From positions 16,926,110-16,990,109 of the forward strand of contig NC_134030.1 of the NCBI RefSeq assembly GCF_964204645.1: a DNA stretch of 64,000 nucleotides, written 5' to 3'. Of the stretch, positions 52,001-64,000 are shown in pieces. Below the pieces are notes generated by a model. It was given only the letters and a program-made list of their open reading frames with translations, ran no database searches and was not told where the DNA came from. A program made the position numbers and the translations under genes. The DNA comes from Tubulanus polymorphus (taxonomy: Eukaryota; Animalia; Nemertea). Positions within the stretch are counted from its first letter, which is position 1. Each line of letters opens with the position of its first letter.

Positions 52001-55000
52001 ATGCTCTGCACAAAGATAACTGTGATTGTAACTATACTGGGTCATCTAATTATATGGAGGTTGAAGCTGCAGAAATTTTGTGGGCCCGCTCAATGAATCA
52101 TGGTTTTCGGTACACTGTTCTTATTGGAGATGGAGATGCCAATGTGATTTCGAAACTCAATGCACTGAAACCATATGGTAATGACATTATTATAAAAAAA
52201 GAGGAATGCATCAACCATATCAGTAAAAGGATGTTCAATGGCTTGAAAGTTGTAGTCCGTGATGCAAAAGTAGCTGGCTCTAGGCAAAACCCACTGAGCG
52301 GCCGCGGTAAAATGACCAATGCCAGGATGTTGAAATGGGGACAGTATTACAGGAATGCCATCACTAATGGTGAAACAGTTGAGGAAATGCAGAATGGTGT
52401 CTGGGCAATTTTGTTGCATGCATCATCCACGTTTGATGATCCACATCATGATCGCTGCGGAGTGTGGTGCTACCACAAAATTGCCGAGGCAGAAAACATT
52501 TCACCTGAAACTGTTTTCAATAGAGTGAAACATGATCCCATACTCACCAGGGAGGTAGCTGGTTACTTTGTTCCGCTCTTTAGAAGGCTGACCGATGAAA
52601 CATTGCTCAATCGCTGCCTTCGTAAGACAACATCAAACCGGAATGAAAGTTTACATTCTGTTGTCTGGCGCCACTTACCAAAAACTAGTTTCTGTTCATA
52701 CAAAACTGTAGAAACAGGAGCTATGATGGCTGTGTCTAAATTCAACAAGGGAAATAACAGTGTCGGGGATATTATGGAGTCTATGTATCTTACACCAACT
52801 GTCCAGATGAATAAGTTGTTGGAGAGATTGGACACGCGGCGTATAAAAATGGCTGAACGTGCTGAAAAAGGCAGCACTAAAGAGGCCCGTATCAATAAAA
52901 AATTGAGAAAAGCCACAGTTGAGCATCAGCAACATGAAGAGGAGGGTGACTCTTATGCTCCAGGACTAGAAACCGTGGCAGATTTGTAAATAAATGGTAA
53001 CAATTTAGTCCTAAACACTTATATATTTACAGTATATTTTCAAATTGAATTTACGAAAAAGTCAAAATTTGCCGTTTTGCAAATTTGGAAAAAATAATTC
53101 TCAAAAACTACTGAACCAATCTCCATCATCCACGTTTGATGATCCACATCATGATCGCTGCGGAGTGTGGTGCTACCACAAAATTGCCGAGGCAGAAAAC
53201 ATTTCACCTGAAACTGTTTTCAATAGAGTGAAACATGATCCCATACTCACCAGGGAGGTAGCTGGTTACTTTGTTCCGCTCTTTAGAAGGCTGACCGATG
53301 AAACATTGCTCAATCGCTGCCTTCGTAAGACAACATCAAACCGGAATGAAAGTTTACATTCTGTTGTCTGGCGCCACTTACCAAAAACTAGTTTCTGTTC
53401 ATACAAAACTGTAGAAACAGGAGCTATGATGGCTGTGTCTAAATTCAACAAGGGAAATAACAGTGTTGGGGATATTATGGAGTCTATGTATCTTACACCA
53501 ACTGTCCAGATGAATAAGTTGTTGGAGAGATTGGACACGCGGCGTATAAAAATGGCTGAACGTGCTGAAAAAGGCAGCACTAAAGAGGCCCGTATCAATA
53601 AAAAATTGAGAAAAGCCAGAGTTGAGCATCAGCAACATGAAGAGGAGGGTGACTCTTATGCTCCAGGACTAGAAACCGTGGCAGATTTGTAAATAAATGG
53701 TTACAATTTAGTCCTAAACACTTATATATTTACAGTATATTTTCAAATTGAATTTACGAAAAAGTCAAAATTTGCCGTTTTGCAAATTTGGAAAAAATAA
53801 TTCTCAAAAACTACTGAACCAATCTCCATCATCCACGTTTGATGATCCACATCATGATCGCTGCGGAGTGTGGTGCTACCACAAAATTGCCGAGGCAGAA
53901 AACATTTCACCTGAAACTGTTTTCAATAGAGTGAAACATGATCCCATACTCACCAGGGAGGTAGCTGGTTACTTTGTTCCGCTCTTTAGAAGGCTGACCG
54001 ATGAAACATTGCTCAATCGCTGCCTTCGTAAGACAACATCAAACCGGAATGAAAGTTTACATTCTGTTGTCTGGCGCCACTTACCAAAAACTAGTTTCTG
54101 TTCATACAAAACTGTAGAAACAGGAGCTATGATGGCTGTGTCTAAATTCAACAAGGGAAATAACAGTGTTGGGGATATTATGGAGTCTATGTATCTTACA
54201 CCAACTGTCCAGATGAATAAGTTGTTGGAGAGATTGGACACGCGGCGTATAAAAATGGCTGAACGTGCTGAAAAAGGCAGCACTAAAGAGGCCCGTATCA
54301 ATAAAAAATTGAGAAAAGCCACAGTTGAGCATCAGCAACATGAAGAGGAGGGTGACTCTTATGCTCCAGGACTAGAAACCGTGGCAGATTTGTAAATAAA
54401 TGGTTACAATTTAGTCCTAAACACTTATATATTTACAGTATATTTTCAAATTGAATTTACGAAAAAGTCAAAATTTGCCGTTTTGCAAATTTGGAAAAAA
54501 TAATTCTCAAAAACTACTGAACCAATCTCCATCATCCACGTTTGATGATCCACATCATGATCGCTGCGGAGTGTGGTGCTACCACAAAATTGCCGAGGCA
54601 GAAAACATTTCACCTGAAACTGTTTTCAATAGAGTGAAACATGATCCCATACTCACCAGGGAGGTAGCTGGTTACTTTGTTCCGCTCTTTAGAAGGCTGA
54701 CCGATGAAACATTGCTCAATCGCTGCCTTCGTAAGACAACATCAAACCGGAATGAAAGTTTACATTCTGTTGTCTGGCGCCACTTACCAAAAACTAGTTT
54801 CTGTTCATACAAAACTGTAGAAACAGGAGCTATGATGGCTGTGTCTAAATTCAACAAGGGAAATAACAGTGTTGGGGATATTATGGAGTCTATGTATCTT
54901 ACACCAACTGTCCAGATGAATAAGTTGTTGGAGAGATTGGACACGCGGCGTATAAAAATGGCTGAACGTGCTGAAAAAGGCAGCACTAAAGAGGCCCGTA

Positions 55001-58000
55001 TCAATAAAAAATTGAGAAAAGCCACAGTTGAGCATCAGCAACATGAAGAGGAGGGTGACTCTTATGCTCCAGGACTAGAAACCGTGGCAGATTTGTAAAT
55101 AAATGGTAACAATTTAGTCCTAAACACTTATATATTTACAGTATATTTTCAAATTGAATTTACGAAAAAGTCAAAATTTGCCGTTTTGCAAATTTGGAAA
55201 AAATAATTCTCAAAAACTACTGAACCAATCTCTTTGAAATTTGGAGGAGTAATTGAGAACATTCTATAGCATACAATCCTGAATTTTCAATCAAATCCAG
55301 TAAAGATTGGTGATGTTATGAACTTTTATATTTCATTTTCACCCTTGCCGAAAGACCCCGGGGGTAATATGACACCTAAAATGTAAAAAGTCCCCAAACT
55401 ATAGGGAAAATCCAACTATTGCATGCATACAAGTACTATAAATGAATTTATATAACTTTTTGTGGTATATGTGGCACATAAACAGAATATCATTTTTTTC
55501 TTAATTTGGTCTACCCCAAATTTGGGCGTGGCCTGGTTACCATGGCAACTGTTGTCCGGCTGGGCCAAAAATTTTTCTGAGTGTATATCTAAGTACTGTG
55601 TACCTGTAAATAAAATTATAGACTGATATAACAACTATTATTGAAAATATAAAATAATGTATTTACAGGGTAGCTTCTTCCCTTAAGATCCTATCAGATT
55701 ATCATCTCGTAAACAGTCAAGTCAGTCAACGGAAATAAGATTATCCAAACTAACAAATTTTGATTAAAGAATCCCGGCAATGCTTCTGTTGCAGACATGG
55801 ATCCACCATGTTTTGCATGGAAGATTCCACAGGAATCTACTTTTGGCAAGAAAGGATCCACCAGGTGTCCATAGTCTGCTGTAAGACATGAATTCCTGCA
55901 GCAATTGGATCTACCAGGTGTCGCTAGTTCTACTTCTGTACTGCGCTTCCATTTCTTCGGCATTTTGAAAGCGGCGTTGTTACTGTGGCAAGCATGGATT
56001 ACATTTTCGAAAAAATAAATTTTGATTTTTCAGGAAGGGGAAAAATGTCGAATAGAAGCTGATGAAAATGCCAGAAAATGTTCGCATTTGCAACGAGAAA
56101 CGCAACGTGCGAAACAACAGACGTTGGACCTCGGCCAACAGGTAACAAACTATCTCTGAAACTATCCGTTATAGACAACAGACGGATTGACTTGGTTTTA
56201 AACTTGAATGATTTCGAATAACCCCTAGTTTGTTTGCCACTTACTGGCTATAGATGAGAGGTGGATTGACTGGTCTCAAACTAGAGATATAATGATGTTA
56301 CCCACGTTGAGTATATATCCCTAGGGGTAACTTTGGTACCCAGTTATGTAACTGGGTCCAGACTGAGGATTTATCCCTCAGGGTAACTCTGAGGTCCAGT
56401 ATATACAACCCGGCCCTGGCCCTGGCCCTGGTATTTTGTTGTAATAAAAGCCAAACTCAATCTGACCCTTGCACCTTTTTCATGGTTTCTGTGACATAGG
56501 TGAAGATTTTAATGAAGGAACTTGAAGAAGCTCGTGGAGGTCACGTTAGCATGAATGATAGTTTCAACAATGTCTCGTCGTTGGAGGTCACCAGTTCATC
56601 GCACGTTATATCTGAACATTTAGTGACGTTTCGTAGCATCGCGGAACTTCAGGAACAGAACCAGAAACTGATACAAGTCGCGCGAGAATTGAGTGAAAAT
56701 CGCGAAGAGGAAGAGAAAAAAGCGGTTAGCGATAAGTAAGTACACCAGACATGGTTTATAATTTAGACAGATGGAGAGATTTGAAAGGTGCAGCGGTTGA
56801 GAGGTGTAGACAGGGTCCCTACGGCTGTGAATTTTGACTCTTAAGTGGAAAATGATAGTTATCCTCATGTTTCTAACATATTACATCCATTTCAAAAGAT
56901 TCCCTCTTCCCGCTCATGTAAAGTACACCAGGTGGGAATACTATTTTGAAACGTACAAATCGATGAGGTAGTACGCATCAATAACACAGGCCTAGTGGTT
57001 ATCAGTGTATAAAGACATTGCAACAGTTTTTGCGGCGTCAAAGAACTTCAAACCTTTTCGTCAGTTGATGAAACTACTTCAGCTTGATTACATTCCAGTC
57101 TTCATCCAGACATTGGTCATTTCTATGATTCAAAATGGTTTACATTATGTTGCATTTGTTTAGGACGAGGAATTTACAGGAAAAACTCGAGGAAGCAGTG
57201 AAAGAATTGGAAATGATGAAAGATACCAAATCGAGACATGTTGAAATGGTCAGTTGAGAATCACGGGGGTTGTTTGTTAATACATGGCGTGAAAATTCAT
57301 TTCTATTTTTTTATGTTCGGTTTTCTTTTATTCCAGCTTGAGAATGTGGTGCGACAAAGAGATATGTATCGGGTTCTGTTAGCGCAGACAACTAACATAC
57401 AGGTAATTAACTGATTCTATATTTGAAGTTGCTCAACCAGTGGACAAAGTTACGATTAAGATTGCGTTATTACTGTGTTGGTATTCACTGGAAGGTTATC
57501 TTAGACTTACTTTCGAGCAACTAGCCTCGAGTCAGATATTTTACAACAAATTTTGTCAGACTCCGGGTTCGTAAGTGGTATTTTTATGGTTATGGCATCA
57601 TGTTTTCAGATCCCGTCTGAACCGGTGGCTGTTTCGACACCCGCGCCTTCTAGATTGCGTAGTCAAGCGTCGCCAATTCTGTCGCCAACCTCAACGCCAT
57701 CTGCGCCCGCCACGTCACGCGATACAACTCTCGATGAGACAAGAAAAGCCTTGAAAGAATTCCAGGAAGAGTTTAATACATATCGTAAAGATCGGGCGGA
57801 TAATGAGAAGTGAGTTCAGCGTAGTATTTCACAATTGTTATTGTTATTTTGGGATGCCAATATTGATGACGTAGTGCACAGTGACTCACACAGAACCCCT
57901 CATTATAACGCATACTAGGTATCAATGGATATGAACATTATTGCAACATCGTTTATGGCGTTAAAATAAAACTTTTCATTTAAACACGGCTTCACTTGAA

Positions 58001-61000
58001 ATGATGCATTACATTACCATGTATATCAACTAAGTTGAACATGCTTACTACACAGTGTGCCATGATGATTTCATCTTTATCAGCTGTTTATACGTAATTG
58101 CAAATCCAAGAACAAATTTTTGTGCTTAAAACTAAAATTTTCTCAGTTGATCCTACTGGACCCACGGTCCTTTATTATTAGGATCAACTGTTGATCCTTA
58201 TAGAATGGTCCTGAGAGTAACTTTCTGTTAGCTCTTGGTGGCACAAATGTAACCAATAGATATACACAACAGATATTTTGTCATAGGGAGGGAAATAGGT
58301 ATTGGAATTGATATGGCAAGTTTTGTCCATCAGCTCTAAGCCTTTGGAAGTGCTGGGAGGAAATGTGCAAAACTTCACTGAATTTTCCCCCATTTTACCA
58401 ACCAATGCTTGACCTTGTTTCCTGACATCACAGGAAAACCCTTTCAGAAGCGCATCACTTGGAAATCCTAGAAGGGCTTTCCCAGTGACATCATTATCTA
58501 TAATTTAATAGCGCTGCGCCAGAAATCTATATTAAGAATCTGCGGTCGTGCACTTCAATTCGATTCATACACAGTGTGCTTGTGTTGAGTGATAGATAGG
58601 AAAATTGTAGATAGGGGATCCTCTTGGCCCTCAACTATTTATTGACAAGTGCATTTAAGTATGAACATGTTCTAGTGATTTGGATATTGTCAGAGCCATC
58701 CTTTTCATTTACTCAAGACATAAACAACGAACGATCAAACACGTGGCAGTCTAAAATTGTCATTGAAAATGGACCCCAGATGCACTGAAAACTTGTAGTT
58801 TCAATATTTTCTTGGCGGAGGGCCCAAAACCCCTCCTTAGGGGCTTTGCACCATTGGTGCTTGCTACTGCTGGCTTGGCCTAACACTATTATTTCTAATA
58901 TTCCTGGGTTTTTTAAACGCATCTGTTTTCATCCCTGATATAACAATACGAGAAATTATTCTTCTGAGAGAAGGGAGTTGACTTATAAGCCAAATATATG
59001 TTAAGATCAGAAATCAGGAATTGCAGGTCTAAAAATCGTCCTCGACCTAAACACTGCGGAGACTTATATGCCTGTTTATACGGTAAATGTACTCGTTGGT
59101 CCTATATTAGAATTTTCTAATTGTCCACGTTTTACTAATTTGCAGGATGTTGAATGAATCAATCAACAAACAGAATGATGAGTTATCAGCGTTACGTGTT
59201 AGAAATGCTCAACTGTCTTCAAAGGTATCCACGGATCGGTGCATTCACCATAGCCTCGTGATCTAGCATTAACTTACAGGGTTGCCACTTAACGATACCT
59301 AAAAATCAGTGAGAAGTCAGGGAAATTTATGGAGATTGCACATATATTCAAACTGTTTCCCTTTATGTCTTACGTGTTTGACCGTATAAAGGACACTCAA
59401 AAATGATTCCTAGTTACTCATCAATTCTCAATAGCGTCGAAAGTTCTGGCCATCGACTCTGGTGTATGAAAGTCTTGTTTATTAATATGATTTGATGTAG
59501 TTTCCATCACTATGCACGTGCTTCACTTCCATTGTGTCCAATGAAAAGAAAAATTAAAATATGCACTCCCGCATCGGGAAATGGCAGCTCATCTCTTTTC
59601 TAGAAAAATCAAAACCAGTCTGCCTGCTTCATGCGCCAACATTTTGCAGTTGTCTTTAAAATCTTTTGCTGACTTAGTGTTATTGGTGATGGAATTCAGG
59701 GGTAAGTTTTATAGACTGGTATTAACTTACACCCGCGGCTTAATCAATTCATTTTCAATCGGGTTAACCCTCGAGTTAAAGCCAATTCCAGTCTATAAAC
59801 TGGCCCCTATGTCATAGAGCCTCTGTGAATGGCCACAATGATTTGTCGATTTTCTTCTTAAACTGGTTGGCCATCACTTATCAGTGGCATTTTTATTTTC
59901 AAATATAAAAATAAAAATCACCCTACTCTTTTTCCTGAGAAGTAAGGAAATTGTGTTTATTTCAGTTTTTTTTCGTTAAGAAAGTTGATTGAACAAAATT
60001 GCCCTCTTCATATTTGGAAAAATGTAGGATGAGAAAATAGGAATCAACTGTGCGAGTGGCCTAATTGATTGGATTCTTCTAAAGATGGCCGTCCTATGAC
60101 CTTTTTAGTGCCCAAAAATGTCAATTTTGGCCCAAATTCTGAGTCCTGTAGCTTCCTACTGGTTTGCCATTTCTCATTGCAATTTTTGATGAGTATTCCT
60201 TGGAAAGGGTTGTTTTATACCTGAGCCAGGTATTTTTGATCGGCCAATTGTGACGCAATTGGCGGCCATCTTGGTATCATCAGTACTCATTGGTAGGTGG
60301 GAAAAAGTTTTTCCACATTATATTGATACCTAAGCATATTTTGTTACCATAATTAATTGCAAAGTTGTTGCTCATGACATCATCTATGATTGTGGTGAGT
60401 TTTAAGGACATTAGTTATTCTATATGGTCACCAGGGGGCGTTGAATAGTAGAATAACTTAGTATTTCCTTATTAGATTGGTACCTAGGCATATTTTGTTA
60501 CCATGATCAATTGCAAAGTTGTAGTTTATGACATGTTCTATGATTATGGTGAGTTTTAAGGTCATTGGGTTTTGAATATGGTCACCAGGGGGCGTTGAAT
60601 AGTAGAATAATTAGTATTTCCATATTAAATTGGTAACGAGAGATATTTTGTTATCATGATCAATTGCAAAGTTGTAGTTTATGACATGTTCTATGATTAT
60701 GGTGAGTTTTAAGGTCATTGGGTTTTGAATATGGTCACCAGGGGGCGTTGAATAGTAGAATACTTTCAGTATTTCCATATTAAATTGGTAAAATCATAGC
60801 TGCTGACATGTTCTATGATTGTGGTGAGGTTCAAGGTCATTGGTTTTTGTATATGGTCACCAGGTGGCGTTGGACATTGAAATTCTTAGATTGTTGAGCA
60901 TTGGAAACCACTTCCCAAGTGGGCATGGTGTCCCTGGACCCCTAGTTTTATTTCAGCTTGATTTCGCCAATGAGAGGAATGCGATCCTGAAGACAAACAT

Positions 61001-63766
61001 TGAAAACTACAAGAAAGAGATCAGCGTTGGACGAGATAGGATTCAGAAATATAACACATCTGTAGCAAAACATGAACAGTCTATAAACCAACTGAGACAG
61101 GTCAGTTTACTAATACCACCACCCAAGACACCCAGTTCTACACATCCTCTCTCGGCAGGGATTCGAACCTGATTGCATCGCTACACTCGGCCACGTCTCG
61201 AACCCCTGCCACTATAGACCCGGTGCGCAGGGACATGCGTAGCTTTGCCGCACGAAATCATGCGGCTGCATGTTGTTAAATAGCTGAGGTAAATTTCACG
61301 GAAGAACTATGAATGGGAAAACCCGGGCTGAAATAAAACGGGATATCTGATTTGCTAATAATTACATTATCTAAGCTGCGCACTCGGTCCGGTGTGGTAA
61401 GGTTTTGTACTGTGGCAATCTCGATGCCATCAGGTTTGAATCCCTGCCGGGGGAGGATGAGTTCTACAGTTCTGCAGTTACATTTTTCCTGACTTCAACT
61501 CACGTTTCAGTAAAATTACAATTATGTAGTTACTAATGACGACTTTCTCATTTTCAATGTCTTCAACGATTATTTATGATAAGTTACCTCATGATATTCT
61601 CGTCAAAAAATGTTCCCTGTACTGACATAATAGCTGAGTTGCTTGAGCTGACTGGCATCCGCCATAAATGACTTTGACAGTAGGCCCAGCCATCCCCTGG
61701 CACCACTTACACTGACCTACACACTTTGTTTTGAAATTGACTTAAAATAGCGAGAATGGCTGGGGGTATATTTGGTACATCAGCATGGTTTAGTATGTTA
61801 GGGAATACAATTTTTGGTTTGAAGAATGAGAACTTAAGCCATCGTCAAGTTGCAGTCATAAAGTCACGTGACAGGATCGGAAGATTTTTTTCAGATTGAG
61901 TGATACGCCTCAATAAAATAGGTCCACAGAAATTCGTTTGTCTTAAGAATATTATAATTGTCATGATATATAGATTTAAATCCTCTGCATAATATCGTTT
62001 TTTTAAATCATGCGTAATGAATGCGATTAAGCAGTGAAAACTAATCATTACATCTACTCACGCATAAATACACCCTCACGCATAAATACACCATCAATGC
62101 AGCGCCTGTAAGCCCCAGTACCCGTATGTACACCCATACACATGTTGATGCAGATAACAGCCTCCACTTCAAAAGTTACGAACAAAATATTAGAAATATA
62201 TGTGATCCGATTTACACCAAATAAACCTTTAAAGTAAGGTATTTAGCATCAATTGTTGTACCCAAAATTCCAGATTGATACACTACAAGTTTTTCGAGAA
62301 AGCGAATTTTTTATTGTAAACCAATGTTGATTGACACGCAGGCTCAGCTGTACGCCTTATTTTATCGATGACGTCAGATGTAAGCAATAACATTACCACA
62401 GGTGCAATGCAAACAGTAAAAATATTGAATTTTTTTTTAACAAACTTCTCTAACGGAATATTTATTTCTTTTCATAATTTGTCTTTCTTTTATGTGATTA
62501 AAGATTTATACTTCAGACTTAGCTTCTTCGAACCTCAGGACTTTGAAGTCCTATTGTCACAAATGCAAATTTAGCTTTACTAGCAACGCCCTTCTCATTC
62601 TCGATGACCCCTTGGTAAAGCTGTGAAATATTTTTGACTCGTAATATAGTGTAAAGTTTTTATTCAGGAATTGATGAGCAGTAAGGAGCAGGCGACCAGT
62701 GTAACAGTTCAATTACAGAATGTACGCACAGAAAATGAGTTACTGAAAAGTATTGAACAGCGTCTCTCCGAAGAGAAACAGACAATGATGAGGGAACACC
62801 AGACGCAGAATATTCTACTCACAAATTTACAGACTATTCAGGTTTGCTATTCTTTTAGATTTTTTGGGTCGTGAATTTTTGGTCTATGAAGAGTGACTAT
62901 TTGCTTTTCACAAAATTTTAAGTCCTGCCGATCTTGAAAGGGTTTAAAGGACAAAAGCTATATTGCATGAATAAAAATATTCAAGTAAAAATATTTGGCA
63001 TTCTGAAATTTATTTTTGGCGCACCAATGCTTATTTTGATGACTTGAACAGATTAACTAGTATTGCGTAATGTATAATAAACATCAGCCAACAGGTTGAT
63101 GCTGTTTGTGTCGGATGTATAAAAACGCCATCCAACATTGGGATATGGCTTTCAGCAGTGACCCTGTCTCTACATGGGTATCGTCTAGGGAACTTAAGCG
63201 CGTTGTGCTTGGTAATTGGTGCTTGGTTCACCTGCTGATAGTAGGCGATGATATGCCACTGAGCTCAGGAGCAGGAAAAAACATCTGTCCGTTTCAGGAG
63301 GTCTCTGACCTGGAAAACTTATAGCATCTTACAAACAGGGAAAACTCGGGAAATTTGACAAGTTTTATTAAAGACCTGGGAAATGGAATTTGGGTAATAT
63401 TTTTTATCATGTGTACATTTATCAATATGTGATTCATAAAAAAATGAATGAATTGTAACATTTAACCCTAGCTATTCCTTTTATTTACCTAGGAAAATTT
63501 ATGTCATTGTATGTATTGATTAACTCAGAAAGATGGGCGAAAAGAGGCCATACTGCTTGAATTAAAACATGGCAGTTGCGCATTTAAAAAAATTGAATGA
63601 ATTATGTTTGATTTTATTTTTGCAGAATAATTTAGAACGTCAAGAATTCGAAACGAAAACTCATAAGAATAAGCAAATTGAAACTCTCGAAAAAGAGGTC
63701 ATGATTTTGCGAAGAAAAGTTGCGACAACTGAAGGCAAGGAGGATGGCCTTGTCAAACAGTTAACG
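37019..63766 (+). CDS. TPR: Nucleoprotein TPR (Megator/Mlp1 family), first 21 coding exons; gene continues beyond the window
   Basis: Phase-consistent GT-AG exons: 37019-37145, 38392-38496, 38617-38690, 39005-39101, 41690-41793, 43990-44103, 46221-46364, 47053-47221, 47596-47664, 48524-48595, 48935-49029, 50184-50381, 56034-56141, 56500-56735, 57164-57248, 57337-57402, 57610-57809, 59146-59224, 60957-61100, 62668-62841, 63626-63766. Signature peptides LSPTAAATSKLLKSGMTLTQIY, EIEDKAPIIKKQREDY, LVTFRSIAELQEQNQKL, VVRQRDMYRVLL, LLTNLQTIQ. Confidence 0.95.
39258..40737 (+). mobile_element. Helentron-associated non-autonomous element (HINE) with an internal ~154-bp tandem array (about 5.5 units)
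   Basis: subTIR-like GGCCACTTGAGA / TCCCAAGTGGGC, 3' end ...CCCCTAGTT; same family at 43103-43741 and ~60075-60947. Confidence 0.75.
43103..43741 (+). mobile_element. HINE, short copy (array collapsed to a partial unit)
   Basis: TTTT-GAGCCCACTTGGGA subTIR with hairpin, GTCC-type microsatellite, 3' TCCCAAGTGGGC...CTAGTT. Confidence 0.75.
44360..44668 (+). mobile_element. tRNA-derived SINE
   Basis: A box TGGCCGAATGG, B box GTTCGAACC, central GTGCCCTTAGGCAAGGCA, GTGCTATATAAA followed by an (ATT)n tail. Confidence 0.75.
47230..47570. repeat. Degenerate short tandem repeats in a TPR intron
   Basis: Recurring TCAATTGAGA and GAGTCAGTGGCA(C/T)TGAAAAT motifs. Confidence 0.5.
47805..48335. mobile_element. 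Tc1/pogo-type MITE
   Basis: TIRs CTGTCGACCTCGCTTAATTC / GAATTAAGCGAGGTTGACTG; a similar end starts at ~63984. Confidence 0.6.
51004..52989 (+). CDS. Kolobok (Mutator-like domain) DDD/E transposase, intact 661 aa
   Basis: SYDGTWMKRG, SKFC..C, NYTGSSNYME, GDGD, ECINHISKR, TSNRNESLH. Confidence 0.88.
   Translation: MGRATKFASKHKFGSKSKKKSETRGRKRKIENVVGEILIQVDEAAVSINEAVPSTRGGTNEPVPSTSGGTPVIQDPVPKISASKKKLNLYKDIRPIDDEDDCDREPAVATGSFLLLHTDSLDKLVAPLKCPSCSQTGHLKSDCTGTRMGLSNRVKIICENDWHDASFVVSSTWSSPRDMTAADVTARAPFEINKRAVLAIKEIGHGCSALNKVTEILGVNGGLHHKTYSKYNKEIHLSVVYTHGVQNMADTHAIICKAYEELDPDNRDEDIINIDVSYDGTWMKRGHQSNIGIGFVIDTLTGLVIDFHVMSKFCLECSVVGEKLRGEEKEAWYALHKDNCDCNYTGSSNYMEVEAAEILWARSMNHGFRYTVLIGDGDANVISKLNALKPYGNDIIIKKEECINHISKRMFNGLKVVVRDAKVAGSRQNPLSGRGKMTNARMLKWGQYYRNAITNGETVEEMQNGVWAILLHASSTFDDPHHDRCGVWCYHKIAEAENISPETVFNRVKHDPILTREVAGYFVPLFRRLTDETLLNRCLRKTTSNRNESLHSVVWRHLPKTSFCSYKTVETGAMMAVSKFNKGNNSVGDIMESMYLTPTVQMNKLLERLDTRRIKMAERAEKGSTKEARINKKLRKATVEHQQHEEEGDSYAPGLETVADL
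52421..55232 (+). repeat. Four near-identical 703-bp tandem copies of the transposase 3' end plus downstream sequence
   Basis: Units 52421-53123, 53124-53826, 53827-54529, 54530-55232; only a few SNPs. Confidence 0.97.
59697..59808. mobile_element. Short Harbinger-like MITE (related pieces at ~11765-11910 and ~56320-56420)
   Basis: Inverted ends AGGGGTAAGTTTTATAGACTGG / CCAGTCTATAAACTGGCCCCT. Confidence 0.45.
60075..60947 (+). mobile_element. HINE, 5'-truncated, with about four ~154-bp units, ending ~10 nt before the TPR exon 19 acceptor
   Basis: Homologous to ~39520-40737; 3' end ACCCTAGTT followed by TTATTTCAG. Confidence 0.75.
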
Positions 63767-64000
63767 GTTAGTTAGATGATAATCTGAAATTCCTGCACGC
63801 TGAATATGAAAAATGAATTCCAAAATGTTTCCATGAGCTAATAGTTTATCCAAATATTTTGTCCTCTTCAGGAATACTGCGAATGTATAGTAAAGTTCTT
63901 TATAGAAAATCTGTCAGAATAAAAATGTCTGAAATGTTTTCTGGAGCTAATACAGTTCATTCCACGTTTCGACTATTCTAATACAGTCTACCCTCGCTAA

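Larger units (their letters stand above)
50411..55682 (+). mobile_element. Kolobok-type DNA transposon in TPR intron 12
   Basis: TTAA TSD (50407-50410 and 55683-55686); termini GGGAAGACGC / GCTTCTTCCC; DDE transposase inside. Confidence 0.85.

Noticed and set aside
53045-55098. Three independent 215-aa genes, or KolobokP-type long terminal direct repeats
   Set aside because: They are internal tandem copies of the transposase 3' end, not terminal repeats; no His-Me nuclease ORF seen.

Overview
Animal genomic DNA, probably a bilaterian invertebrate (spliceosomal introns, SINE, Helentron-type repeats). The left half holds two related, very AT-rich endogenous Polinton/Maverick (adintovirus-like) viruses. 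Copy A (1-~10840) is truncated and decayed. Copy B (12892-31083) is full length but inactivated, with ~560-590 bp TIRs, AG...CT ends and a CATCTT 6-bp TSD. It encodes a pPolB with OTU-like and HNH-like modules, integrase, packaging ATPase, major and minor capsid proteins, a set of membrane proteins and an NCLDV-type HNH nuclease. Copy B inserted into codons 2-4 of a PIF/Harbinger transposase (element ~12216-35343, with its Myb/SANT partner gene). The right half is the first 21 coding exons of the host nucleoporin TPR (37019 onward); its introns contain a Kolobok-type transposon with a 4x703-bp internal tandem array, Helentron-associated repeats, a tRNA-SINE and MITEs. Two signals stand out. 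(1) Each end of copy B is itself a ~405-410-bp fold-back palindrome whose shared arm mismatches are all G-T wobbles on the 3'-terminal strand, consistent with a self-priming hairpin telomere. (2) Nearly all viral genes start with a poxvirus-like promoter architecture (T-run + ~6 bp + TAAATG; A-rich + TAAAATG for the two replication genes). Together these suggest, by inference, an endogenous virophage-like hyperparasite of a cytoplasmic pox-like virus. Coordinates were read by eye and may be off by a few bases; no database searches were run.
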